DNA of 64,000 nt. Source: Candidatus Heimdallarchaeota archaeon (GTDB taxonomy: Archaea; Asgardarchaeota; Heimdallarchaeia; Heimdallarchaeales; Heimdallarchaeaceae). Positions 18,494 through 27,929 of the stretch are shown piece by piece. The notes under the pieces were generated by a model. It searched no databases. It was given only the letters and a program-made list of their open reading frames with translations, and was not told the DNA's origin. The position numbers and the translations under genes are program-made. The stretch spans positions 64,001 through 128,000 of the forward strand of contig JAUVXV010000011.1 in NCBI GenBank assembly GCA_030603365.1, read 5' to 3'. Position 1 is the first letter of the stretch, and every line of letters starts with the position of its first letter.

Positions 18494-19798
18494 TTAGTCC
18501 TTCTTCAAGTCTTCAGGTTTTACACTTGTTTCAGCTAGAATTTTTTCTTCTACTAGCAAAGCTAATTCAGGCTCTACACTCTTCTTATCGTGAAAAACTA
18601 GCTTAAGAAGTAGCGGTGCCATAATGACTGTCACAAAAACAAGCATGATTGCCATAGTGTAAATGTTTGAATCAAATATACCACGTTGAACACCAATTCC
18701 TGCTATTACAAGTACAATTTCAGCTCTTGGAGACGTTCCTACAGCAATTTTTAATGCAGATTTATTGCCGAAACCCATGATTCTTGAACCTGCAAAAGTC
18801 CCAATACCTTTAGAAAGTATTGCTAGAAGAATAATTAGTACCATAATAAAAGAGATTCCTCCAGAACTAAAATCAAAATTGCTTCCTACTGAAAAGAAGA
18901 ACAACGGAATGAATATCCCTTCTCCGAATTTGATTATGGGTTCTTTGATTTCTCCTATAATTAACTTATTTTGCTGCAGAGATAAGCCCAAAAGAAACGC
19001 CATAACAACTCCAGAGAAATGAAGGGCTTCTGCAAAATAATCAATCAAAACTAATAAACCAAAAACTATTCCTAAGGCAAAATAAGGCGTTTTTGCAGAA
19101 GAGAAAATATTGTAATTGTTTTCAAGAAATTTTAGAATTCTCGGTAAGATGAACATAATAACAATTATAAACAATGCTAAATATCCCAGATCTTTTAATA
19201 GAGTAATAATCCAGTTCCCTTCTTCCGGTGCAAAAAGAGCACCAGAAAGAACTAATACAAGGATTAAGGCAATAAAATCATCAAATACAGCAACAGAAAG
19301 CGTAGTCTGCCCCTCTTTTGACCCTAATTTACCTAAGGAATTTAAAGTTCTAACTGTTACACCTATACTAGTAGCTGTGAAAAGAGTACCGAAGAAAATT
19401 GCAAAAAGAATATCTTTCTTAATTAGGAAATAACCGGTTAATATTCCTCCAATCAATGCAATGGAAACCTCAATAAGTGAAATGAATAAACTATTTTTTC
19501 CAATTTTCCTTAAATCTCCGATGTTTATCTCCAAACCAACAATAAACAATAAAAGAAGAATGCCAATTTGTGAAAATTGCTCTAAAATCTCACCGTCCAT
19601 AAATGTGCTTAATACTTCACTTCCCTTATCGCCAAATAATAGGAATATAGGCCCACCAATGAGAACTCCAGCAAGTAGTTCACCTAGAATGGATGAAAGT
19701 TTTAACCTTTCGAATATTTCTCCTAAAATTCGTGCACTAAGAAGTCCGATTCCAATAAACAACAGTATGCGCAGAACTTGATCACTCATCTTCTCCAC
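18494..19798 (-). CDS. Cation:proton antiporter, CPA2 (Kef/NapA-like)
   Basis: LGELLAGVLIG, LLFIVGLE, ATSIGVT, AVFDD and PRAE motifs. Confidence 0.9.
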   Translation of the reverse strand: MEKMSDQVLRILLFIGIGLLSARILGEIFERLKLSSILGELLAGVLIGGPIFLLFGDKGSEVLSTFMDGEILEQFSQIGILLLLFIVGLEINIGDLRKIGKNSLFISLIEVSIALIGGILTGYFLIKKDILFAIFFGTLFTATSIGVTVRTLNSLGKLGSKEGQTTLSVAVFDDFIALILVLVLSGALFAPEEGNWIITLLKDLGYLALFIIVIMFILPRILKFLENNYNIFSSAKTPYFALGIVFGLLVLIDYFAEALHFSGVVMAFLLGLSLQQNKLIIGEIKEPIIKFGEGIFIPLFFFSVGSNFDFSSGGISFIMVLIILLAILSKGIGTFAGSRIMGFGNKSALKIAVGTSPRAEIVLVIAGIGVQRGIFDSNIYTMAIMLVFVTVIMAPLLLKLVFHDKKSVEPELALLVEEKILAETSVKPEDLKKD

Positions 19799-20300
19799 GC
19801 TCGAGTTCTAAGATGAGCATTTTAGAATCAATACTAGTTTCCTTCCATATGTTTCGTACAGAAAGAATTATATCATTTATTGAGATTAGACCTTCAACAG
19901 GGTCATCTTTTGTCTTAGCTCTTGGCAAGACAGTAGATTCATATTTTGTCATACATTCAGTAACACGGGAGATTTTGTCGTCATCTACGATAATAGGCAA
20001 GTTTTGATTAGCTAAATCTCTAGCTGTAGTACTGGAAAAAGCCTTTGCTTTTGAAAGAACATTAGATATATCTGTATGAAATGTCGAAAATAGTACTACA
20101 AGGTCTTTTGGAGATATTAGTCCATAATATTTGCCTTCCTCATCTACAACTATCAGAGTTTTTGAATCCTGATGGAAAGATTCATCCAGAATAAAAAAAC
20201 AAGCAGTTGTTTCAACAATTGAAGGAACTTTGAGTATTGAAAAGTCTCCAGCTTTCATTTCTTTAATTTTGGAGATGAAAATATCAAATAAGGTTTCCAT
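19782..20300 (-). CDS. CBS-domain-pair protein (probable antiporter regulator)
   Basis: IVVDEEGKYYGLISPKDL and VEGLISINDI. It overlaps the antiporter start codon. Confidence 0.75.
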   Translation of the reverse strand: METLFDIFISKIKEMKAGDFSILKVPSIVETTACFFILDESFHQDSKTLIVVDEEGKYYGLISPKDLVVLFSTFHTDISNVLSKAKAFSSTTARDLANQNLPIIVDDDKISRVTECMTKYESTVLPRAKTKDDPVEGLISINDIILSVRNIWKETSIDSKMLILELERGEDE

Positions 20301-20387
20301 ATAAAAGATTAGTTGGTAAAGAATAAATAAAGCTTACGTAACTTTAATCTAGCGTATAAAAAGATAAATAACTCTAAGTTATAGAAC

Positions 20388-20552
20388 TATGTTTTAGTAG
20401 CAGCAACAGATTTCTCTGCTTTTAATGAGAGTACAGTTGCTTTTGGAGATGATTTGTATTCAGTAGTTATACTATTAGTTTTAGTAATTGTGTTACGAAC
20501 ACTGATACTTTAGAGATTTGTTTCCAGAACTCCAAAAAGTAAACAAAAATAA
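20388..20552 (+). pseudogene. Relic of the C-terminal TM helices of a CPA2 antiporter
   Basis: The frame reads YVLVAATDFSAFNESTVAFGDDLYSVVILLVLVIVLRTLIL*RFVSRTPKSKQK*. This aligns by eye with the C-terminus of 18494..19798 (IVLVIAG...FDSNIYTMAIMLVFVTVIMAPLLLKLVF). It has no start codon and an internal TAG at 20511. Confidence 0.55.
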
Positions 20553-20581
20553 ATAGAATTAGTAGAAAAAAAAGAGAAAAA

Positions 20582-21001
20582 TTAATCCTCTTCTTTCTTT
20601 ATTAGATAACGATCAGAAAAATGTTGGATGAGTTTTCTTGCTGCTTGATAATCTAGGTTCAGTTTATCCCCCCACATTGATTTAGCTCTTTCTAGTTTTC
20701 CCATCAACAACCCTAATTTCAATCCAGTAACTGTATTTCTAGTGAATAATTCATTTCCTCTGAAGTTGACTACACCATATTCTTGCATGACTTTTCCAAA
20801 TTGTTGGCATATCTGATTATATTCTTCAGTTGTTTCGTCTACAGATTGATCAAAATTCTTTATCTTCTTTATACCTACAAAATCTATCAATGATAGATAA
20901 GGATAGAAACTAATTAACTGGGTTACAAAATCATCTAAATCTAGAAAACTTTCAGCAATTTGATCAGGAATCCACACATTATACTTTGTTTTTTCGCTCA
21001 T
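20582..21001 (-). CDS. Hypothetical protein
   Basis: 139-aa ORF, last gene of a tightly spaced three-gene run. Confidence 0.7.
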   Translation of the reverse strand: MSEKTKYNVWIPDQIAESFLDLDDFVTQLISFYPYLSLIDFVGIKKIKNFDQSVDETTEEYNQICQQFGKVMQEYGVVNFRGNELFTRNTVTGLKLGLLMGKLERAKSMWGDKLNLDYQAARKLIQHFSDRYLIKKEED

Positions 21002-21009
21002 ATAAGCAC

Positions 21010-21360
21010 CTACAGTTTATTTAAAGACTCAAGAGCTTTTCCTAGTTCTACAATAGCCAGGTAATCATCTTCATACTCTAGAAGCATTTCAGTTTGGATC
21101 TTTATTTTCTTTTTTGTTTCAATCAGATCATCAGATTTCTGTCGAATTCTATCTTCCAGTAATTTAAAATTAAGCATTGCCAATATTGAATGCCATGATT
21201 CTAGTGTAATCATTTCTGTAGATTCATCTAAGAATTGCTCAATTTTATTGACAATTGTATCTGGATGACTGTCTAGCTTTTTTGCTAATTGAATGACCTT
21301 TCGCTTCTGATTATAATTAAGCTCATATTTCACATATTTTTTCTTCTTTGAAAATACCAT
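21010..21360 (-). CDS. Hypothetical helical/coiled-coil protein
   Basis: 116-aa ORF with 2-nt and 8-nt gaps to its neighbours. Confidence 0.7.
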   Translation of the reverse strand: MVFSKKKKYVKYELNYNQKRKVIQLAKKLDSHPDTIVNKIEQFLDESTEMITLESWHSILAMLNFKLLEDRIRQKSDDLIETKKKIKIQTEMLLEYEDDYLAIVELGKALESLNKL

Positions 21361-21362
21361 AG

Positions 21363-21878
21363 TTATCCCTTTTTACCTAACCAATTTTTTTCTATAACAT
21401 AAGTATCAACTGCTGATAGTGTCATAACTTCTATAGTCTTAGCAATCGTCACATCATCATTGAAGTCAGGATCCAAACCTGCTACACCACTTACATGGAC
21501 TATCTTGTAGATTGCGAGAGAAGATCCTTCGTTAAAGTCTATTGTACGCTCTAATATCGCTTCAAATGAGATGACCGAATTAACATAAATAGGAGCATTA
21601 ATCTTCACTCCTTTTTGTAAATTGTTCTTATCTAATTGCTCTTTGGAGTAAGCAGCTATAAGTATAGAATCCTCTCCTCTCCTTAAGAGGTTGAAGCTTA
21701 TTTCATTTGGAGCTGAAACTGAACAAATATCCACTATAAGCTTAGCTTCTTTCAGTGCAAAATAATTTGTTATAACATGGAGATTATGTGCTTCTAAATT
21801 CCCACTAATTCCAAGCATTGGACTTATAGAAACTAAATATCTTGATAGCTCAGGAGATAGTTCAAGTCTATCAAACAT
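21363..21878 (-). CDS. Flavin-reductase-like (split barrel) protein, divergent
   Basis: GVKINAPIY...SFEAILE...EGSSLAIYKIVHV resembles the end of the flavin reductase fold. Confidence 0.5.
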   Translation of the reverse strand: MFDRLELSPELSRYLVSISPMLGISGNLEAHNLHVITNYFALKEAKLIVDICSVSAPNEISFNLLRRGEDSILIAAYSKEQLDKNNLQKGVKINAPIYVNSVISFEAILERTIDFNEGSSLAIYKIVHVSGVAGLDPDFNDDVTIAKTIEVMTLSAVDTYVIEKNWLGKKG

Positions 21879-21945
21879 AAGTCATAGAGAAAACATCCAT
21901 TTAAGAAAGTTACTCATCGGTTGTTTTCTTTGGTCTTACTTACGA

Positions 21946-22422
21946 ATGAGTTATATGTCTTGTTACGCAATGATATTTATGGAAGAACTTTCTTTTAAGC
22001 AGTTTATTGAAAAATCTTCTAACGTTCTAGAGAAGTATCGTGCAAATATTGCAAGATTAGGTAAACTAAGAGAACAAATGGAAAAGCAGTTTTTCTCTCC
22101 AGCTGAAATGGTTGAACACTTCTATGCAAATAAGAGTGAGTATTTTGCTTGGCAAGAATTTCAAGACTCGATAATAAATTTAGAGGAAGCATATAATGAA
22201 CTTGTGGGGAATATGATGGATGCAAATGGTGATCCTGAAGCTTATCAATATTTCCTTAGAGATAAAAGAATCCCTGTTCTAGTCTATCCTGAAAGTGATT
22301 CAGAAGATTCCGATGAGGACGAATTATTTGATGAAGAAACAGTTGATCGAATAGCTCAAGAAATCGTGGATGAACTTGCGGGTGAAACAGAGAAACAAGA
22401 AGATCAAAAAGCAAAGAAGTAG
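21946..22422 (+). CDS. Hypothetical helical protein with acidic C-terminus
   Basis: 158-aa ORF. The true start is probably the internal Met (MEELSF). Confidence 0.65.
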   Translation: MSYMSCYAMIFMEELSFKQFIEKSSNVLEKYRANIARLGKLREQMEKQFFSPAEMVEHFYANKSEYFAWQEFQDSIINLEEAYNELVGNMMDANGDPEAYQYFLRDKRIPVLVYPESDSEDSDEDELFDEETVDRIAQEIVDELAGETEKQEDQKAKK

Positions 22423-22423
22423 A

Positions 22424-22975
22424 TTATTCTTCTTTCAACAAATTTAGGAAGTTGGATAAAATCTGTTGAGTTAACCCCCATATTTTGTATTTTCCCACTC
22501 GATAATATTTACGAACTCCGCCCTTGTAAAAGCCAGTTTCTAATGTACTGGGCTCTAGTAAATGTGATAAATCAGCTTGAAAATATTCTTGAACTTCAAG
22601 AGGATTGATCTTAATAGTAGGGTTTCCCTTGATAAATCCAACAAAAGGGTACACATAATGATGGCTTGTTGAAATTATAGGTTTAAGTCGTCCTTTTAAT
22701 TCAATAAATTCACTACTTATACCTATTTCTTCTTCTGTTTCCCTTAGAACTGTTTCAGAGAGACTAATATCTGATTCATCATGTCTTCCTCCAGGGAAAG
22801 CGATTTGTCCTTGGTGATGCTTCAGATTTTCTGTTCTTTTTGTAAATAAGATTTTATTATTGCTTTGAAAAATCGGAATTAGAACTGCTGCAAGTTTAAG
22901 ATGAGGTTTATGTGAAACTGGATTTTCTAGAGGCTCTAAAACATTCTCCAATTTACTCAGCAGTTCCATAATCAT
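22424..22975 (-). CDS. Nudix CoA pyrophosphatase (NudL/NUDT7-like)
   Basis: NuCoA motif LFTKRTENLKHHQGQIAFPGG, Nudix box RETEEEIG, and IWGLT. Confidence 0.92.
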   Translation of the reverse strand: MIMELLSKLENVLEPLENPVSHKPHLKLAAVLIPIFQSNNKILFTKRTENLKHHQGQIAFPGGRHDESDISLSETVLRETEEEIGISSEFIELKGRLKPIISTSHHYVYPFVGFIKGNPTIKINPLEVQEYFQADLSHLLEPSTLETGFYKGGVRKYYRVGKYKIWGLTQQILSNFLNLLKEE

Positions 22976-23040
22976 ACAAAAAACGATTGCTATTTCAATT
23001 CTTCGAAAGTGACTTTTCAGCAGAAAGAAAATTTGAACTC

Positions 23041-23610
23041 CTAATCATTGTTTTCTTCATCTGGATCATATTCTAAAGAAAATGTACTTTCTATCCATCC
23101 ATGCATATCCTTTTCTTCCATTGATTTAGGTCTTGCACCTTCATCTGGATTCTTCTCTCTTTTCTTCTTCATTTTAGGAGAAAGATCTTTCTCAGAGATA
23201 AATTTTCCATTCTCAAATTTTAATTCAAAAACAGTTTCATAAGCAGATGTTCTCTGAAAACCCATATGGATATACATACTATCAATAAAGTCCTTAGCGA
23301 TAATAATTTTACCTGAAAAGTCGAGTTTGAGATTAAGATCCTGATAATGAAGTCTTAGACTCTCCTTTCTTACAACAGGTTTTACAGCGTTTATTTCTAT
23401 TTCTTGCTCATCATTAACTTCCATATCTACAAGAGTTAGATAGTCATTTGTAATTGTAAAGTAAAGAACATAACCCCTCCAACATGCAGTATGTGGTGAG
23501 CGTGGAACTAATCCATAATCTAATGGCGAAAAAAGCTCTCCCTTAGAAATTCCAGAAACAGAATATACTTCACCTTTATAGAGAAATGAATCAGATATTT
23601 GACCAGTCAT
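23041..23610 (-). CDS. Conserved hypothetical protein (TACWRGY motif)
   Basis: MTGQISD...HTACWRGY resembles an uncharacterised, mostly bacterial family. Confidence 0.65.
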   Translation of the reverse strand: MTGQISDSFLYKGEVYSVSGISKGELFSPLDYGLVPRSPHTACWRGYVLYFTITNDYLTLVDMEVNDEQEIEINAVKPVVRKESLRLHYQDLNLKLDFSGKIIIAKDFIDSMYIHMGFQRTSAYETVFELKFENGKFISEKDLSPKMKKKREKNPDEGARPKSMEEKDMHGWIESTFSLEYDPDEENND

Positions 23611-23667
23611 TAAAAATAATAAACAATAAAATAATAAAAAAGTGTTGTTAAATTAAAAGAAGAAAAA

Positions 23668-24315
23668 CTAGAATGTGGCTTTGATTTCCTCATCAAGTTT
23701 TTTGACTTTCTCTTCTACACCCTCAATTAAGCCTTCAAGTTCCGCATGCATCTTCTCGGCATATTCTGCATCTTTATTCTTGATCCAACCGAGATTGATT
23801 TCTACATTATGCATAGCACTTTTTAGACCAGTTAAAGCACAAAGAGCACCAACACCGATATCAGAAAGAGCTTGTTTGTTACCTTTGGTTCCCATCTCAA
23901 GATGTAGTTCAATCACTTTTCTACAGTCTTTAACTGTTTCAAGGGGAACTTCAGCAGCAACTTTGTATTCAGCTAAGATTTTTGCTGAACGAGCAGCTTT
24001 TTCTTCTTCAGTGTCTTTTGGCATTCCAAACGCCTTGATTACACCACTAAAGGCATTAGCATCTTTATCAGTAAGTTCGGTTAATTTGATTCGAAGTGCT
24101 TCTGTTTTTTCTAGTTTTGCTTTAAAGAATTCTTCTACATCTTCATAGCCTTGTTTACCAATAGTTAATCGAGCAACCATACTACCAAGGGCAGCTCCCA
24201 TAGCTCCAGCTATACAAGCTGCAGATCCACCACCTGGTGCAGGAGCATCACTAGCTAGTTCATCTAAAAATTCTGTTATTACTTTCTCAATAAGCATTTT
24301 ACTCATCTTGTTCAT
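23668..24315 (-). CDS. Formiminotetrahydrofolate cyclodeaminase (FTCD C-terminal domain)
   Basis: LASDAPAPGGGSA, AAEVPL, GN..ALSD and NVEINL. Confidence 0.92.
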   Translation of the reverse strand: MNKMSKMLIEKVITEFLDELASDAPAPGGGSAACIAGAMGAALGSMVARLTIGKQGYEDVEEFFKAKLEKTEALRIKLTELTDKDANAFSGVIKAFGMPKDTEEEKAARSAKILAEYKVAAEVPLETVKDCRKVIELHLEMGTKGNKQALSDIGVGALCALTGLKSAMHNVEINLGWIKNKDAEYAEKMHAELEGLIEGVEEKVKKLDEEIKATF

Positions 24316-25243
24316 CTTCTGTAAAAATTCTTTTTTCTATAATCTGATTTCTGTCAAAATTGTTCAATTGTAAAGAGCTTTCAGCAGCATCAAGGAGTGC
24401 ATCTAAAGGTAGCATACCATAGATTTCTGACTCAGTTACTGCAACTCCGTATCGCTCAGCTTCTCTTTTAACCATATCAAAAACTCTGTGTAAAGGAGTA
24501 CCTGTATAATTAGTCACATTCATCGATACCTGAACTACTCCTCGTTCCTCAATATTCATAGCACCTGCTTGAATATATCTCAAACCACCACCTGAGTGTC
24601 TTATGTTTCGAGCAATTGCTTTGGCAATATCCATGTCGTTAGTATCAAGATAAATGTTGTACGCAATTAAGAAGTTTCTCGCTCCGATATTTATTGCACC
24701 AGCTGTTTCATGGGTTTGTCTTTTACCAAAATCTGGTATATAATCATCGTTTGTAGCTATCTCTTCCTTCAATTGTTCATACTGGAAAGATTTTGTTCTG
24801 TAATTCTGAAGAACTGCTCTATTGGGATTTTCTGTAGCATCACCATACAAATAAACTGGGATTTTCAAATCTTTTGCTATTTTTGCACCAAGTTTCTGTG
24901 CAAGTTTTGCACACTCTTCTAGAGTATAGTCAGAAACAGGTATGAATGGAATAACATCTGTAGAACCAAAACGATTGTGCTCTCCTTCATGTTCATTCAT
25001 ATCTATTAATTCAGTAGCTTTTATACATCCTGCAAAAGCAGCTTTATAGCATTCGTTGGGTTCGCCAATAAATGTAATTACGGCTCGGTTATGATCAGGG
25101 TCCATTCTACTATCTAAGAGAGTAATCTTACCTGCTTTCTTAATAGATTCAAGAATTTGATCAATAACCTCTTGCCTTCTACCTTCTGAAAAGTTAGGAA
25201 CACATTCAACTAAAGGCATATTTTCACCTTGTGTTAGCAACAA
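24299..25243 (-). CDS. ftcD: Glutamate formimidoyltransferase
   Basis: VECVPNFSEGR, DPDHNR, GARNFLIAYN and QVSMN. The likely start is at MPLVEC. Confidence 0.95.
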   Translation of the reverse strand: MLLTQGENMPLVECVPNFSEGRRQEVIDQILESIKKAGKITLLDSRMDPDHNRAVITFIGEPNECYKAAFAGCIKATELIDMNEHEGEHNRFGSTDVIPFIPVSDYTLEECAKLAQKLGAKIAKDLKIPVYLYGDATENPNRAVLQNYRTKSFQYEQLKEEIATNDDYIPDFGKRQTHETAGAINIGARNFLIAYNIYLDTNDMDIAKAIARNIRHSGGGLRYIQAGAMNIEERGVVQVSMNVTNYTGTPLHRVFDMVKREAERYGVAVTESEIYGMLPLDALLDAAESSLQLNNFDRNQIIEKRIFTEDEQDE

Positions 25244-25311
25244 TAAAATGAATATATATATCTTAGCATGAAGCTTTGAATCATTTAAAAAGAATGAAAA
25301 GAAGGGGTAAG

Positions 25312-26616
25312 TTAGAGATTTTTGATAATTTCTCTGAGAAGATTCATTCCTTCATCGATTTCTTCTTTATTTACATTCAGATAAGGTCGAAATCGAATAG
25401 TCTTTTCACCACAACCAAGAAGCAGGAATTCTTTGTCATAAGCTTGAGTTAGTATTTTATCTCGCATTTCTGAAGAAGGTAAATCAAAAGCAATCATCAA
25501 ACCTAAACCACGAGCATTTGACACCTTATCAGGAAATTCTTCTTGTAGCTCGTAGGTTTGTTTAAGCATATACTCACCCCTTTTTGCTGCATTATCAACG
25601 AGCTTTTCTTTCTCTATAATTTCAAGATACTTATTTGCTCGAAACATATCTACAAGATTTCCACCAAAAGTACTATTAATTCTACTACTCTCCTCGAAGA
25701 CATTATTTTCTATTTCTTTTACTCTGTTTGAAGCTAGTATTCCACTGACTTGCAACTTTTTACCAAAACTGATTATGTCAGGATTAGCTTTTTCAAAGTG
25801 CTCAAATGCCCAAAATTTACCAGTCAATCCTACTCCTGTTTGAATTTCATCGTAAATTAAAAGAAAGTCATGCTTATCAGCCATTTCACGTAATTTTTGG
25901 AAGAATTGGGGACGAAGATGATTATCTCCACCTTCGGATTGTATGGGTTCGACTATCAAGCAAGCAATATCATCACCATACATGTCTATCGCATCATGTA
26001 TTTCTTGACAACTTTTTTCCTCAGCCATTACAATTTGTTCAAAATTATCTTCAATAGGGAAAGTAACTTTAGGGCTGGAGACTCGAGGCCATTTGAATTT
26101 TGGAAAATATTTTATCTTTCTAGAATCGAAGGTATTAGTTAAACTAAGAGTATAACCTGAACGTCCATGAAAAGCTTGCTCAAAATGAATTACCTTACTC
26201 CCAACTTCATCTTCAAAACCTTTCTTGAAATTATTCCTAACCTTCCAATCAAAAGATGCTTTAAGTGCATTTTCAACAGCAAGAGCTCCTCCACTAATTA
26301 AGAACAAGTTAGGGAGAAAATCAGGTATTCCAACTCGACCAAAAGTTTCAACAAAATCACCCATCTCGTCTGTATAAAAATCTGAACTGCTTGGTTTATT
26401 TACAGCTACAGATGCAAGTTGATTCAGAAATTCTTTCTCAAGCATATCTGGATGATTAAACCCAACTGGAGATGAAGCAAAGAACGAAAAGAAATCTAAG
26501 AATGATTTACCAGATTTCTTATCAACAAGTCTACATCCTTGACTTTTTTCTAAATCAACAATCATGTTAAAACCGTCAGCAAGCATATATTTTCCTATTT
26601 TCTCGATAGCATCCAT
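25312..26616 (-). CDS. lat: L-lysine 6-transaminase (class III aminotransferase)
   Basis: FLDFFSFFAS, NKPSSSD, GGALAVENALKASFDWK, AFHGRSGYTLSLTNT, DEIQTG and SFGKK. Confidence 0.92.
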   Translation of the reverse strand: MDAIEKIGKYMLADGFNMIVDLEKSQGCRLVDKKSGKSFLDFFSFFASSPVGFNHPDMLEKEFLNQLASVAVNKPSSSDFYTDEMGDFVETFGRVGIPDFLPNLFLISGGALAVENALKASFDWKVRNNFKKGFEDEVGSKVIHFEQAFHGRSGYTLSLTNTFDSRKIKYFPKFKWPRVSSPKVTFPIEDNFEQIVMAEEKSCQEIHDAIDMYGDDIACLIVEPIQSEGGDNHLRPQFFQKLREMADKHDFLLIYDEIQTGVGLTGKFWAFEHFEKANPDIISFGKKLQVSGILASNRVKEIENNVFEESSRINSTFGGNLVDMFRANKYLEIIEKEKLVDNAAKRGEYMLKQTYELQEEFPDKVSNARGLGLMIAFDLPSSEMRDKILTQAYDKEFLLLGCGEKTIRFRPYLNVNKEEIDEGMNLLREIIKNL

Positions 26617-26654
26617 TTACAGAACTCTCCTATGAGAGCATAAAAATTTGAATG

Positions 26655-26662
26655 TTTATAAA
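26655..26662. promoter_or_regulatory. Palindromic TATA box TTTATAAA, usable for lat (-) and for the structured RNA (+)
   Basis: It matches the archaeal TATA consensus, about 40 nt from the lat start and about 22 nt before the GC-rich element. Confidence 0.5.
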
Positions 26663-26683
26663 TTGAACTGAATGACATCAAAA

Positions 26684-26797
26684 GGTGGTGGAAAATGCCG
26701 ATATGAAAGAGGAAATTTGAGTGGCTTATCAAACGGAGCGTTCGACCACTCATCCATCCTCTAGGGCAAGGGGTGCCTATCGGCAGTTACACAATGA
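26684..26797. ncRNA. Unassigned structured RNA (three-way junction)
   Basis: GC-rich island with five nested helices: 26696-703/26778-785, 26708-713/26757-762, 26718-724/26746-752, 26729-735/26739-745 and 26765-768/26774-777. Confidence 0.65.
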
Positions 26798-26808
26798 TTT
26801 TTCTTTTT
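26798..26808 (+). terminator. Oligo-T tract after the structured RNA
   Basis: TTTTTCTTTTT lies 12 nt after the closing helix. Confidence 0.4.
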
Positions 26809-26897
26809 AAATAGATTCTAATAGTTCTATCCGCAATTGTTAGAAACATTTTAGAAGTTCTTTTGGCAATTTTTTATACTTAAAAAGTTCTAAACGG

Positions 26898-27761
26898 ATG
26901 AGTACTATGCGAGAAATCAAAATGTATGTTGGTTGTACGGGTTTTAACTATGAAGATTGGAAAGCACAGCATGGTTCTTTTTACCCACCTAAAATTGACA
27001 GATTTGATTTACTTGAATTCTATTCTACACAATTCACTACTTGTGAGATTAATTCTACGTTCTATGCATTTCCAAAATTAGAAACTACTATTAGGTGGGC
27101 TAAATCACTTCCTGATGATTTTGTTCTAACCGCAAAAATACCCAAATCAATATGTCAAGCTGATCTTCTTTCAGGTGTTGAGAAACCTCTAAATGATTTC
27201 TTAAAAATTTTGCATCCTTTGAAGAAGAATTTAGGACCTCTAGTTATGCAACTTAAACCTAGTTTTGAAAAGAATGAAACAAATCTAGAACAAATTGTTG
27301 ATTTCATCGATTTTTTCCCTCATAATAACTATGAATTAATAATGGAGTTTAGACATTCAACTTGGTTCAATGAAGAAACATATGACTTACTCAATGAGAA
27401 GAAACTTGGAATCGTTAGTTCTTATCTTCCTTACATTAAATTTAATCTCTTTGAAGAAGTAAAAAAAGAGCATTTCTATCTAAGGCTGATAGGTTCTCAC
27501 CAACAACAAATTGGGTTAGGTAAGGAACTTAAAGACAGAACAAATTACATGGAAGAAACAGCTGATAATCTTCTACAAGCTTACCAAAACAATTCTAACA
27601 AATCAACAGGATATGTGTTTATCAACAATCATTTTTCAGGGTATGCACCACCAGCTGCTAGAAAATTCAAAGAAATGTTACAAGAAAGGGATATTTCGAT
27701 AGTTGAACCAGCAAACACTGTGTTTAAGGGACAGCAAAAACTAGCAGATTTCTTTGGTTAA
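26898..27761 (+). CDS. DUF72 (YecE-like) protein
   Basis: VGCTGFNYEDW, EINSTFY, EFRHSTW, YLRLIG and FINNHFSGYAP. Confidence 0.9.
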   Translation: MSTMREIKMYVGCTGFNYEDWKAQHGSFYPPKIDRFDLLEFYSTQFTTCEINSTFYAFPKLETTIRWAKSLPDDFVLTAKIPKSICQADLLSGVEKPLNDFLKILHPLKKNLGPLVMQLKPSFEKNETNLEQIVDFIDFFPHNNYELIMEFRHSTWFNEETYDLLNEKKLGIVSSYLPYIKFNLFEEVKKEHFYLRLIGSHQQQIGLGKELKDRTNYMEETADNLLQAYQNNSNKSTGYVFINNHFSGYAPPAARKFKEMLQERDISIVEPANTVFKGQQKLADFFG

Positions 27762-27929
27762 GCTTGATAGCACTTTTTTTTAATATGTTTCTTAAAAAGT
27801 TAGATAGACACTCTTCATTATCCCTTTGTATATCTCTAAATTCAATGTCATTTTCTAAATAATATTTCTATATGCTAAAGTGTAAATTTGTTTTTGAAGT
27901 AATTTTATGACAAAAAAAAATGCTTGTTA

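Noticed and set aside
26684-26797. Structured RNA as a tRNA, 5S rRNA, lysine/SAM/THF riboswitch, or hammerhead/HDV ribozyme
   Set aside because: The - strand segment GAGTGGTCGAA resembles a tRNA D-arm, but there is no T-arm and the arm spans only 55 nt. The 5S loop C and loop E motifs are absent. It is too short for a lysine riboswitch and lacks its core. There is no CUGANGA core, and no P1 partner or catalytic J4/2 for an HDV-like fold.
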